64,000 nucleotides of DNA from Leucoraja ocellata (Eukaryota), in assembly GCA_036785375.1 (NCBI GenBank), contig JAWMAR010000182.1, forward strand, positions 1,364,001 through 1,428,000, read 5' to 3'. Position numbers and translations under genes: made by a program. Each line of letters opens with the position of its first letter. Positions within the stretch are counted from its first letter, which is position 1. Positions 12,637-37,620 of this stretch are shown here, piece after piece. The notes beneath the pieces are model-generated. The model made no database searches and had not been told where the DNA came from. It was given only the letters and a program-made list of their open reading frames with translations.

Positions 12637-12905
12637 GTTTAGCTTAGTTTAGTTACAGTGTGGAAACAGGATCCCACGGCTCACCGAGCCCATGCCAAGC
12701 ATCCAGTAGTTCTATCCTACACACTGGGGACCATTTACAGAAGCCAATTAACCTATAAACCTGCACGTCTTTGGAATGTGAGAGAAAACCCACACAATCC
12801 CAGGGAGAATGTACAAACTACATAAAGACAGCACCTGAGGTCAGGATCGAACCCAGATCTCTGGGGCTGTAAAGGTGCAAATCTACCACTGCGCCACTGT
12901 GCCGC
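12637..12905 (-). mobile_element. V-SINE (HE1-like)
   Basis: Head GGCACAGTGGCGCAGTGG, GGGTTCGATCCTG B box, V-domain, TAAAC tail. Confidence 0.88.
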
Positions 12906-13047
12906 TGCTGAACGTTTGTAGAAATCTTTGTTGTTTTTTAGTATTTCCTGCATTATAAAAAATGATCCCTTTTGTATAAAGAGCAATATTGTCGAATAGA
13001 AAGGTACAAGTGTGTGAAAGGAAACATTATTTCAATCGTGTGCCTTA

Positions 13048-13544
13048 AGGGCCTGTCCCACGAGCATGCGACCTGCATGCGGCAAGCGCGACCAAACCGG
13101 AAGCGGGGGCCGCGCGGAGGTCGAGTGATCCCCGTACAGGGCCGGTCCCACCAGCATGCGCCTGCATGCGGCGAGTGCGACCAAACCGGAAGCGGGGGCC
13201 GTGCGGAGGTCGAGTGAGTGACATGAAGTTCGAACGAAGTCCGCGGGAGGTACGCGCGTGACGTACGGTGTCAAGACGCTGCTTACGGCGTCGAGACGCT
13301 GTGCACGCCCGTCGAGGTGGTGCGTACGGCGTCGAGGCAGCTGCGGGCCGGCAGGTCGTTGCCGCGCGGAATTTTTGAACACTGTCAGTTTTTCGGAGCC
13401 CCGCGCAATGTCGGGACCAGCTCCGCACAACTCCATACAGCTCCGCCGTTCGAAGTGGGACCGGCCCCACGAGGCCATACGGCTCAAGTGACCACATTAG
13501 GCCGTGCTTGCCGCATGGAGTTGCATGCTCGTGGGACAGGCCCT
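13048..13544. mobile_element. PIF/Harbinger-type non-autonomous DNA transposon (497 bp, GC- and CpG-rich)
   Basis: TIRs AGGGCCTGTCCCACGAGCATGC (about 45 bp); TTA TSD at 13045-13047 and 13545-13547. Confidence 0.92.
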
Positions 13545-13736
13545 TTAATTTATGGAATTCTTTCTGTAAAAACATAGAATGCAGGTAAATGTGATTGCAT
13601 TTGCTGAGTTACATAAAAGACATTTAGCATTGTCTAAACATTAAAGGTAATAAAAGATAATAAAATCAAAACACTTGAAAACTCTTCATTTAGTCTTCCT
13701 GAACATTCATGATCCAACAACTGAATAAAGGGTCAC

Positions 13737-13796
13737 CTATTCCTTTTCTCCAGAGATGATGTCTGACTTGCTGAGTTACTCCAGCTTTTTGTGTCT
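13737..13796 (+). mobile_element. 60-bp pLTR fragment flanked by 12-bp direct repeats ATAAAGGGTCAC
   Basis: Repeats at 13725-13736 and 13797-13808. Confidence 0.8.
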
Positions 13797-13914
13797 ATAA
13801 AGGGTCACAGATTTCTTCTCTGTTTTCAAGTTCAGATATGGGAAAGCTTGCAAAATGTTCACTTCCATTTGTAACTTCTCAGTAAATTAAGTGTCCATGT
13901 CTGCCTATATTTGG

Positions 13915-14330
13915 ACATAGAATACATGCAGGTGTGGGCTGATAGGTTGAAAGAATATTCATGCCACGCAGATTCCAGCCAGCGATCATCTCCAGAGAGA
14001 GTCTAATCACCAGCACTTAATATTCAATACAATTCCTGTCACAGGCATACAACAACCTCTCCCACCCTCACCCGGCCCAACTGACACCACGTGCATCCTC
14101 TGCCAATTCCTCTATCAATATCTTGAAAGATATAATTGATCAGAAAGAGCACTGCACTAGCCATATAACTATTAGGTTAGAGGCTGGAAATTCTATCGCA
14201 ATTGTCTCATCTCCTCAGATTACCTACAAGGCATAAATCCTTAGTGTGTTTTTATATTCTCCATAAATTAAAATCCAGTAGCAGTAAAAAATACAGGACT
14301 AAGCAGCCTGCTTCATTGGCACCTGTACTT
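13915..14330 (+). mobile_element. Ancient L2/CR1-superfamily LINE remnant
   Basis: Degenerate Q.WAD.W..F..H.CQ-like and TYKA..RS..EYSP-like coding traces. Confidence 0.45.
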
Positions 14331-15464
14331 TTTGTACAGTCATGATAAACTTTTTGTTAATGTGCAGATATTTTATTACTGAATATGGAATTAGTTATTG
14401 TACTGTAGCATAGGTGTGTATAAGCAGTTTAGATACAATGGCTTTGGGCTTTTATCCTGGTGTTATAGGACAAGTACTTTGTGTTTTAACAGTAATAATC
14501 ATTTTTCCCTCTATCAGAGCATTGCTACTGCAACTGCAAAGTGTGCAGATCGCAAAACATATTGCTCTTGTTCAACTAGTGTTACTCGTTTTTTATTTAC
14601 TATCCAACAAAGCAATTAGCTATGTCAAGAGTATTTTATTCTCATATGTCCCAGATAGAATTTCTGAATTCCCAATTACCTGTAATTGGTTAGTTACCCA
14701 TATTTTATTTGTATCTGGTTGGGATTCAGCATAACTACAGAAAATGCACAGTGCGAAGAAATGTGTATATTTATATAATTTGAATCACAATGCACTGATG
14801 TGAACATTCTTGGTCCTCATTGTGGAGTTTTTTCAAAATAATATATAGTTGTTTTTCTTACGATTCATGTTTAAAAAATGTCCATAATTTTGAACGTTTT
14901 AAGGTTCAAATGACTAACTGCACCCTGGGTTGCAACAATATTTGTATAAAATTCCAGAAGAGCTCTTTGGTAAACTGCACCTTACCATGTCTGTGCTCTT
15001 TATTTCTAATGTATATTAGTCCATGTCTACACCTTTTGCTATGGACTTTATTTGAGCATCAGAAATGACTGAAACTACATGCCATGCAGAGTCATTCTGT
15101 TAGATTATTTAAACACAGAAGTCAATAATTTTTCACTTGAGCCTCTGCATACAAGTGAAATCAACCTTATTCCCCACAAGTAGCAGAACACTTGTTGCCA
15201 GATGGCAAGGAGTTGTGAAGAATAAACCTTGTCGTTTTCTTGTCATTCAATACGTGTGAAATCCATGAGCAATCAATTCTTTGCCAAAGACTTACTGATG
15301 TAAAAGGATGCAGAGCTTAACTTTTTTCCATTTTAGGTAAAACAGAGAGGCCGTTCAAGGTAACCTACATAGGAGCACAGGGACTTACTGAATGAAATTG
15401 GAAGCCAAAACCATTTTTAAATACAGTCTTTTAAACACACTTTGCAGGAACAGGAAAACACAGT

Positions 15465-15840
15465 TTAGAATCACAGAATCATAGAGTCATACAGCGTGGA
15501 AGCAGGCTCTGTGGCTCCTCATCGATGCCGACCAAAATGCCTCATCTAAGCAAGTCCAATTTGCCTGCAAATGGCCCATATCCCTCCAAACCTTTCCTAT
15601 CCATATACCTGTCCAAGTGTCTTAAATGCTGTTACAGTATCTCCTCTGGGATCCCGTTCCTCCCTCTGTGTGAAAAGGTGCCGCATGTTCCTATTAAATC
15701 TTGCCCCTCTCGTTTTAAACATGTCCTCTGGTTATTGATTCCCTACCCAGGGGAAAAGACTGTGCATTCACCTTATCTATTCTCCTCATGATTTAATACA
15801 CCTGTATAAAATCACCTCTCATTCTCCTGCCCTCCAAGGA
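15465..15840 (-). mobile_element. CR1 3' fragment
   Basis: (agaatcat)n tail and reverse complement of the CR1 ORF2 C-terminus. Confidence 0.85.
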
Positions 15841-16349
15841 ACATTTTTTGTCTTTAGTTTTGTGCAATTATTAGATTTTGTAAATCAATCATAACCTATA
15901 TTTTTATTGTTGATTGTTTGCCAAGGCTCATAGATTCAAATGCTGGAAAATTCAAATCTACTTTTTTTGGGCACAACTAGTACCCTTGAGGTAAAAGATT
16001 GTGGTTGGCAGAATTAAAGGATTAAATTGCTACTTTCGTACAAGCCTAGATGCTGTACCAACATTATATAAATATAACATGAACCACAGATTTGCTTGCG
16101 GTTTCAAACTTTGCCAACAATTAGAAATGAATCCTTTACTCCACGGTTCTTTTTATAATTTAGGAAGAATTATCACCTTTAATTAAAGTGGAAAATACAC
16201 ATAACAGTGTGCCATAAGTTCTTAAGAATGAACTGTTTTGATCAAAACTGGATGATCAAATATATGAATGCTATTTCATACCATGGCAATTTAAATGTAA
16301 AAATAAAATTCCTACAGTTAAGTGTGTACAAAAGATGATTCTATCAATA

Positions 16350-16700
16350 AAACTCAGCGGACCAGACAGCATCACGAGAGGGCATGAGTAGATGATGTTT
16401 CAGTTAGGGACCCTTCTTCAGACCTTTTAACCCGCTGAGTGTTTTCTTTGTACACCAGCATCTGCAGTTTCTTGTTTAAGAAAGAACTGCAGATTCTGGA
16501 AAAATCAAAGGTCGCCAAAAATGCTGGAGAAACTCAGCGGGTGAGGCAGCATCTATGTAGCGAAGGAATTAGTGACGTTTCGGGTCGAGACCCTTCTTCA
16601 GACCGGAAACGTCGCCTATTCCTTCGCTCCATAGATGCTACCTCACCCGCTGAGCTTCTCCAGCATTTTTGTCTACCTTCTGCAGTTTCTTGTATCTCTG
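16350..16700. mobile_element. Cluster of Penelope-like pLTR fragments, including an inverted pair (16475-16690)
   Basis: gtgacgtttcgggtcgagacccttcttcagac immediately followed by cggaaacgtcgcctatttccttcgc. Confidence 0.82.
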
Positions 16701-16769
16701 ACTTCATCATACCTGATCCAGATATCATACACATATTATTTGAGTCACTGATTGTTTGTAAAGGACCAC

Positions 16770-19027
16770 TGTTATAATTTGTAGGAAAGCTTATTTATTT
16801 ACTGTACGATATTTACCATGGCTGTGTTTACCATTGCAAAATACAGTTCAAAACTAATTACAATCTAAAGGGTAAAATCTGTGTAAGTGCCCTTCACGGA
16901 GAACAATTGCATTCCACAAGCCAACACACTAGCCAATGCCACATATCAAATACATTAATATAAATACATAATGCTCACTATTGAATTGCGTTTAGTGCAT
17001 TGCGGCATAGAGTTGCAATGTTAGTGATTGCTTAAAACAAAAATGTAAGGACCATAAATAGAAAGGTATTTTTAATGTAAAGTATCTCCTTTTAACTGCG
17101 AAAGAAACAGTTAGTTATTATTGAGTGTGCTGAAATCTGAACCCACAAACACAAAGGCAGATGGTCAAACCTGTGCGTGTTAAGTGCCTTTAATGTAATG
17201 GAAGTGATGTTACTATATTTTCTTTACATGTTTGCAGTCGTGTGCTTCAGTCTTTACAATATGTTACAGGCATGAGTATTTGACACCCATTCTATGGCAA
17301 ATCCCTATTTTCTTGGATAGAGATTCATAACATGATGCCAGAGAAAAAGGTAAGTCACTCAGAGATAGTATTTGAAGTTATTTCATTTCAGTATATACAT
17401 TGTGTTTTATTTACAAAGAAACATTATTGATTCATCTCTTTTATACACCAAAGGACTTTCAAGCACATTTCTTTAACAACTTTTTTTCTAACAATATATC
17501 ATTCTTAATACTCCAAAACAAGCACTTTTAGTTAGGATTGTCCAACAATAAATACTATTGACCAGAAAGATACTAATAATTATTACAAGCAAGTTCTGCA
17601 CTTTTTTTCATGTTGAATAAAGAGCTACTTATTGCTTGATACATAATTTAAGAACATTATTCTTTGCCTTATGATGTAAACACCTGTATTGCTCAAAACT
17701 GGGGACAATTAGAAGTTGATATGGAGTACCACAAGATCAAAATATAATACATATATAGCTGTAAATGGGTATCTGTATAAAATATTTACTATAAGTGAAA
17801 CAAAGAATACCTATGTCCTCTGAATTATTTACATCCACTATTTTTTTCATGTACATATGTTGAATTGTCCCATTGTTATATATCCGGAAATAGTGCATTA
17901 ATTTTCCCCCTACATTTTCCAATCTTTTCAATGAATCAAAGGAATTCATCCTAAATTGCTTCTGAGGAAGGTATAGACTGAACTCTGAAACATAAAGTGT
18001 CTACTTGCCATCATTCAAGTTTTAGAAACTCCAATGAACATTTTATTGAACTCAGGAATTGACTTGTATTCTTGGTCATCATCCTACGAATGGGACAGAT
18101 GAGATTTCTGAGGTGGAGGGTAAGGGAACAATACAAATGCTGGGTATATTTCTCAATATTCATAAAATCCATTTTTGTGAAGCAAGTTTTGTCTTTAGTT
18201 ATGGCCCTGATTTTAACCTTTAATAAAAATGTATTTCAGTGAATGGAAATCATGTGATATTCCTTGCTTATGCTTTCAGACACTCAGTAACTATTTATTT
18301 TACAACGCCAAGCAATGTGATTCCTTTTCCCTCCCTCTCCTTTCACACAAGCGATATCCATTTAGGTTGTCTCCATTAATATTTATTTTGGAAATATTAA
18401 AACTAATTCTGGGCTACAATGTTTTACTTGCTACCTAACATGGTGTATTTGCCTGACCTGACTTGCTTGTTTCATTCCACTGCAAACTCTTTTGAAATAT
18501 TTTGAAATAATGATGCAAACAACCTTGTAATTGCATGGAGCAACATAATTAAGCATTTAAGTGTCGTGTAAGCATGTCGGGGTCTTATATTGCTCACGAC
18601 ACCCCACCATATTTCCTCATCTATACCATATGAGATCATGACACCAATTGGTTCAAGGGGAAACTTTCTAGGATTTGTACAATGTCGCGAATGATTCTTC
18701 CATTTGTTTGATATTTACACAACTTTTTGACCAATTTTACAAACGAAATGCACAGAAACATTAACTATACATTGCAGAGAAACATCCACCAGATGGAACC
18801 CTTCACTTTTGTTTTTGGTGAATGACATTTAAATATCATTCAAATAAATAGAATAGGAAGAAGGGAGGGGAAGAATGTCTCAATGATATGTCATTGTATA
18901 AAATGTCCTTTGAAAATTACAGCCACTTATGATTGATTTTCCAAAGAAAAGTATTGCTAGAAAAATGTGTTCAGTTTCATCAAATGCAAACATTCAGGTA
19001 TGTCAGATCCATTAAGGGATCTTTGAA
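16770..19027 (-). other. tbx5: Predicted tbx5 3'UTR, ending near an AATAAA at 16799-16794
   Basis: Repeat-free AT-rich stretch after the stop; AATAAA just before the next repeat cluster. Other AATAAA hexamers exist upstream, so the end is uncertain. Confidence 0.4.
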
Positions 19028-32276
<13,249 letters not shown>

Positions 32277-34599
32277 ATTCCGCCGCACGATTCTTGCGAG
32301 AGAGGCAGGAAAACCCAAGCATTGAGACTTAATTGTAAGCAACGCAAAACGACCATCACACGGCACAGTCCCTTCTTGACAAATATGCAGTAAAAAACAT
32401 AGCAAATAGCGAATGGGTTAAGGGACAAAGGGGGAAACGAAACTCTCTCAAAAATAATACGGTTACCAGACCGAGCTGCCGCACTATTACATAATGCAGG
32501 CCTTTTATATGAAGTTATGGAAAATTAGGGATAAAACCATAATGCCAATCTTAGCTGACTCCAAATGATAAATGAGGTATTCACGAAATTCGTCTGGACT
32601 TCTGGAAAGAGTAATAAAGATAAGGTTGCAGGCTGCTTTTGAGCAACTGTTTGATTGGAGTCTAAGCAGCAATTACAATCCCTCCACTTTGTCGACCAGC
32701 GTTTCTGCATTTGACCCAACTTCTTCCATTGGTTTCAGGGCCCTGTTAAAGTGTCGGCAGCTTTCGACATCAGTCCGAGTTTTCACCGTGTTATTGCGAT
32801 GGCTTTGCTGGCGAGCGCTTTTAATCACTCGCCGTACACTCCGAGTTAGTAGACGGCGGGGGCACGTGATCGTGTTGATAATGAGTAGATTTCAGAAGCG
32901 TGTGATCGACTGAAAATTAAATATTCTGCATTTGATCATAGCTTTCCAAATGGGCAGAGTTCTACCGTTCGAAAGGCCAACCCCTTCCACACCTCCCCGC
33001 CTCCACAACCTGTCACCAGAGCACCCGCATTTTAGTTTAAACTATCTTAAGGTGTTATTTCATCTCTGATGTGGCGCAAATGTTTTGAGTCGGTTACTGA
33101 ATTACCTAAATACTGCCAGCTACATTCATTTGACAATCCAGTTGACTTCATCGTTTCCCATCTTCTCTCTCTCTCCCTGCTTAATGATTATATTCGTCAT
33201 CACTTTGAGACACAAAAACACTGACCCGAGTTTGCAATGCAAATGAAACACAAAGCGCGCACAAAACAATTCACTAATATTTTCATCATTTGGATATAAA
33301 AGCATGCCAGCATTTCCCAGAACTGAAAATAGAAATCACAATTTGGATAGCGTTTAGTTGGTCTGTATCATACCCAATTAAACTAGGCCTCTGCTTATAA
33401 TGCGCTAACGATTAGAGACGGAGGGGGATTACAATGCAAAAATAATGTAGGTCGCATTTATCCCAGTTGTGCAGCTACTAATGGGTTCATGATATTTATG
33501 TGCATTAAAATTATATGTCGCCGGCTCGTAGCCCTGTTTAATATTTTATTGATCAATTGTTTACACAAAAGGACATTGTTCAAAGCAGATTTAACTGAGA
33601 AGATTTTACGCAACTTTGATTGTTCTCATTATCGAGATGCTAAATTGTAATACCCTCTTATTTTTAAGTACATATCTGTAATTTAGTTTAATTTAGAAAT
33701 CATAGTTTCACGGATCTTTTGACCGCACACTTGATTACCCACGCGTTTTACTATTGCTCAGCATTACGGTTATGAATAATTCACACCAATCGTCAAACAT
33801 AGCGTGTGTACCTGTAATCGACGGAATTAACTTGCATTTATATGAAGATAAAGCCTAATTTCAGGACGTTGTTAATGCATCATGCGATTGAATGAGAATG
33901 CATTGGGTATTTAGGAGGAAGGCCTGTGTGTTGTAAATATATTTTCCTTTTTGGGACGGCGAATGTTTACTCTGTCTACCTCGCTGGCTATTTTATAACA
34001 ATCTTATTCGGACAGTGAAGCTATGAAGTCTGCTCTGTATGGGATGAACAGCACTGCCACTTTGCACTTTCTGCTAACTTCAACTAATGTAGATGTTTTA
34101 TAATGTGACAATACCTACACGAACATGTATGTCATCAACATGCTTCTTAGCTCGAGTTCCGGCAAAAGAGTAACTGATTTCGGGAATATATAGGTCGCTT
34201 GCGGAGTTTCCCAATCGGGAGGAAAGCGACAAGAAAATGCTTCCGGCAATATTTACAAAAAACAATCGCCAGAAATATTAAATCCTCGCTACAGTCGAGC
34301 AAACTGCGAGGAACAACTTTTTCGATGCTAAACCCTCCCACTTCGATTATGATTGGTAATATTACAATTTGACGTATAAACGGAAGAGTATCAGAGGATC
34401 AGAAGACAGCGATGTGTCTGTACAGATAGGCCGCGACACTGTGCTTGCAAATGTAAACATACACTCATATTCGACAGTGGCCACTATTGGTTATATGGAC
34501 AGTTTTTGAAATTTCACTAATTACTAGATGTCCAGCTCCCAGCATTTTCCTAAAGACTTGCCCACAATAATCTGGACCAATCCGAAATACTTCCTTTTG

Positions 34600-35700
34600 T
34601 TTTAATTTCCGTGCAGGCCCCGTTACTCAGTGATAAGATACTTGAAAGAAATCGCGATCGCTGCTCACACAGACAATGCACTCAACATGCACGCAAGCTG
34701 AAATGCAGAACACAAAGAATTAAACTTCACCCGAGGGAGAAATGGCAATGTACCTTCAGGTCTATCCACAATGGAAGAGTATTGATACAATCCTTCGCAA
34801 TCGCTGTCTTCCCTGGTTAGACACAGAACACATCCCAGGCTGAACAATCCAGAGATCGCCAGGGGTATTGCACTTTTCCAAATACTTCCAGGTTGCCGGA
34901 CGCGCAACGAGTGATTTGAGGGTGGAAAAATAAGGCCTTGTCGTAGGATCTGTGGTAGCTATGCACAAGAAACTTGGCGTGCAGAGGACGAGTGGGAAAG
35001 CAGTTCACCCATAAGGTAGATTTGGTGGGCGCTGTGTGTGTAATATAGGAAATGCGTGCACATCCAGTGGAGCGCGCTGACTGGAGTGACGTGGGGAACC
35101 AACCTTCCGTGCGCTCCAAGTGCTGAACGTCTGTCCAACCAGCGCTGATCCACACACAACGACTCATCCCAGACCCCCCAGCATCCTGGCAGCTCAAACG
35201 CAGCACAAAGACACGATGAAACTTGAGCACCTCACCATCCATCTTGGTCCTTTTTTTTAACCAAAAGGCANNNNNNNNNNNNNNNNNNNNNNNNNNNNNN
35301 NNNNNNNNNNNNNNNNNNNNNNNNNNNNNNNNNNNNNNNNNNNNNNNNNNNNNNNNNNNNNNNNNNNNNNNNNNNNNNNNNNNNNNNNNNNNNNNNNNNN
35401 NNNNNNNNNNNNNNNNNNNNNNNNNNNNNNNNNNNNNNNNNNNNNNNNNNNNNNNGCACACACAGAAACTAAGCCACACACACACGCACACACAACCAAT
35501 AAGCCTTTATCCACTGACAGGACCTAGAAATCTCTCCGGGAGAAAACAAAATTCCACTGAGTGCTGTGAAATGCAAATCCGATTCCCCTTTTTAGGCTGT
35601 AAGATAACTCCGGAGCTCACCATGACGTTATCCAGATGGGAGAAGCAGAATTCAAGAAAGTCACAAGCCTGTCTGAAGAAGCAAGTATTAAGATACAGGA
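34600..35700 (-). promoter_or_regulatory. Candidate tbx5 non-coding first exon / proximal promoter
   Basis: CpG-rich, (CA)n-flanked region 2.3-3.4 kb upstream of the ATG exon, which begins with an acceptor and so needs an upstream exon. Candidate donors ATG|gtgagg (35235) and TGT|gtgagc (about 34668). Confidence 0.35.
35271..35455. other. Assembly gap (185 N)
   Basis: Run of N flanked by (CA)n-like sequence. Confidence 1.
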
Positions 35701-37489
35701 CTGGGTACTTTTGCATTTTTCTCTTTGTATTTATCTGCGGAGGGGGAAGAATTGAAAATGATCTTTGTATTTTATCAGAATTTTGCGAATTGAGGTTTAA
35801 GACATAGATTCAGACTGTATTAACGGCACCGTGTAAATTAATGCCCGTGACAATCAAATCAAATACACAGGCTTTCACGTAGAGTGAAACCAGTAACATT
35901 TAAGGATTTAAATTCGCAATACTTTTTTCAACTTATTTCAAAATACATATATCATTCGAGCATCGTTGAATGGGTCATGTTTGCTATACACTATGGTCCC
36001 ACCTTCCAAATTAACCAGTGTAGGAACTGTATTTTCGATAAGGAAATGGTCTCATGTCTCTTAGTAATCCTGTACGTGACACCAAAATACATTTAACATT
36101 TCAATCAAATACACATCTCTTTGTGGCTACCTGGGTTGCATACGATTTAATAAACTTTCTGCTAATGTACTTCGTATTGGTTTGCAAGATGTACTGACAA
36201 GCACAGCTTTCACTTCTAGATCTGAACTTTCCATAGAGGAAATTAATATAAAACAGTATCCCTCTGTCATCATTGCATACATTATACAGTCAGTAATGTC
36301 GAGTAGTCACGACTGCGAGACTCACTGAAGGAAAAGGTGTAATATATTTCTTCGTATCCAGTGAAACCGAATTCGCCCCTTATTTTAAATTAGGCAGTGC
36401 TCTGGCCTAAATCACCATTACTTCTACTATGTGCTTCTCGATGCATGTATTTTAAACACCACGACATTAGACTTAACGGTGAGATGCGCCTAATGTTTCA
36501 TATTCGCCTCCCCAATACCACGACAGTGTTATTTGACCTGCCTTTTTCGGATCTTAATGCTATAGAATGAATATGTTCATTGTTAAGGCGATGGAAAGCA
36601 CTACTTTAGATGATGGCTTTAATTTCGTCCAGATATTGAATGTTTATGTATTGTTTCGGCACTGTGCGATTCGGTTACATTGCCGGAATATTTGGTGAAG
36701 GGTGTAGATGAAATTTTATTTAATCTCTCCAACTGAATATTGTGGCTTTACAACCTAATACAGATAGCTCGTTGCCACATGCATATTTTAAAACAGTGGC
36801 AATACATCTGCAGGTTCTATAGTAAAAACGATGGCAACACCCACGTTAACGCACGTTGAATAATACATTTCGGCTATCTCCAATGTAATACATCATCACA
36901 TCAGAAGTTTTGTAACTAAGATATGTTTTACCTACCGACGATATGCAATATTTCCTCGACCAAAACACCAGCTCCCCGTTATGTTGGGATCATGCTTGCA
37001 GGCATTTGTTTCCTATCTTTTTTTTTAAGTTTGATTGGGCGCCAGGAACACTTCAGCCAGGGTCAGCACACCGCCCAGTTACTTTCGTATTAAACCACTC
37101 CAGCGACTTGACCGAATTTAATATTAGAGATTTTACTAGTCATACGCCAATAGATAAAGAATGCCGCGAGAACATCAGCCATTCACCTATAGAAGTCGTT
37201 AACGTCACCAATACGCAAATTGGCTTTTTGTGTTGGTTGACTGAAACTCCGATGGATTCTTAACCCGAACCAGGATCATTGTCGGCAAGTGCATTGCAAT
37301 TTGCGTAGACCAGGCAATGCTCGATGTGGGGTTTAAAATCCAACAAGGCATACGTTGAATGTATTTTCTTTATCGGGTTGCAATGATTAGATGTTGGAGT
37401 CGGTTTAACATTCTTGTGCCACAGTTCTCTTTTCCCAGTTTAATTCGCCACTCGGTTGCTGGAATTGCAGTATTAACTGAAATCTTGTC

Positions 37490-37620
37490 AAATGAATGTA
37501 GAGACACTCGGGTGACAAGTACTGCGCTATATATAGTCATTGATAACTTGCTGATTCACAGTATCAGAAGATAGCGCTTGGGAAGCAATTATTACCAGTG
37601 TTTACTTTATCATCTGCCCC
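37490..37620. promoter_or_regulatory. Dense cardiac-type motif cluster (MEF2/TATA, four GATA-like sites, Forkhead)
   Basis: CTATATATAG 37527-37536; TGATAA 37541; GTATCA 37561; AGATAG 37569; TGTTTAC 37599; TTATCA 37607. Confidence 0.45.

Noticed and set aside
13032-13577. Overlapping 77-176 aa ORFs
   Set aside because: They lie within the GC-rich Harbinger MITE, where stop codons are rare, and show no transposase motifs
34817-35807. Long ORFs of 194-224 aa
   Set aside because: Artefacts of reading through the 185-N gap
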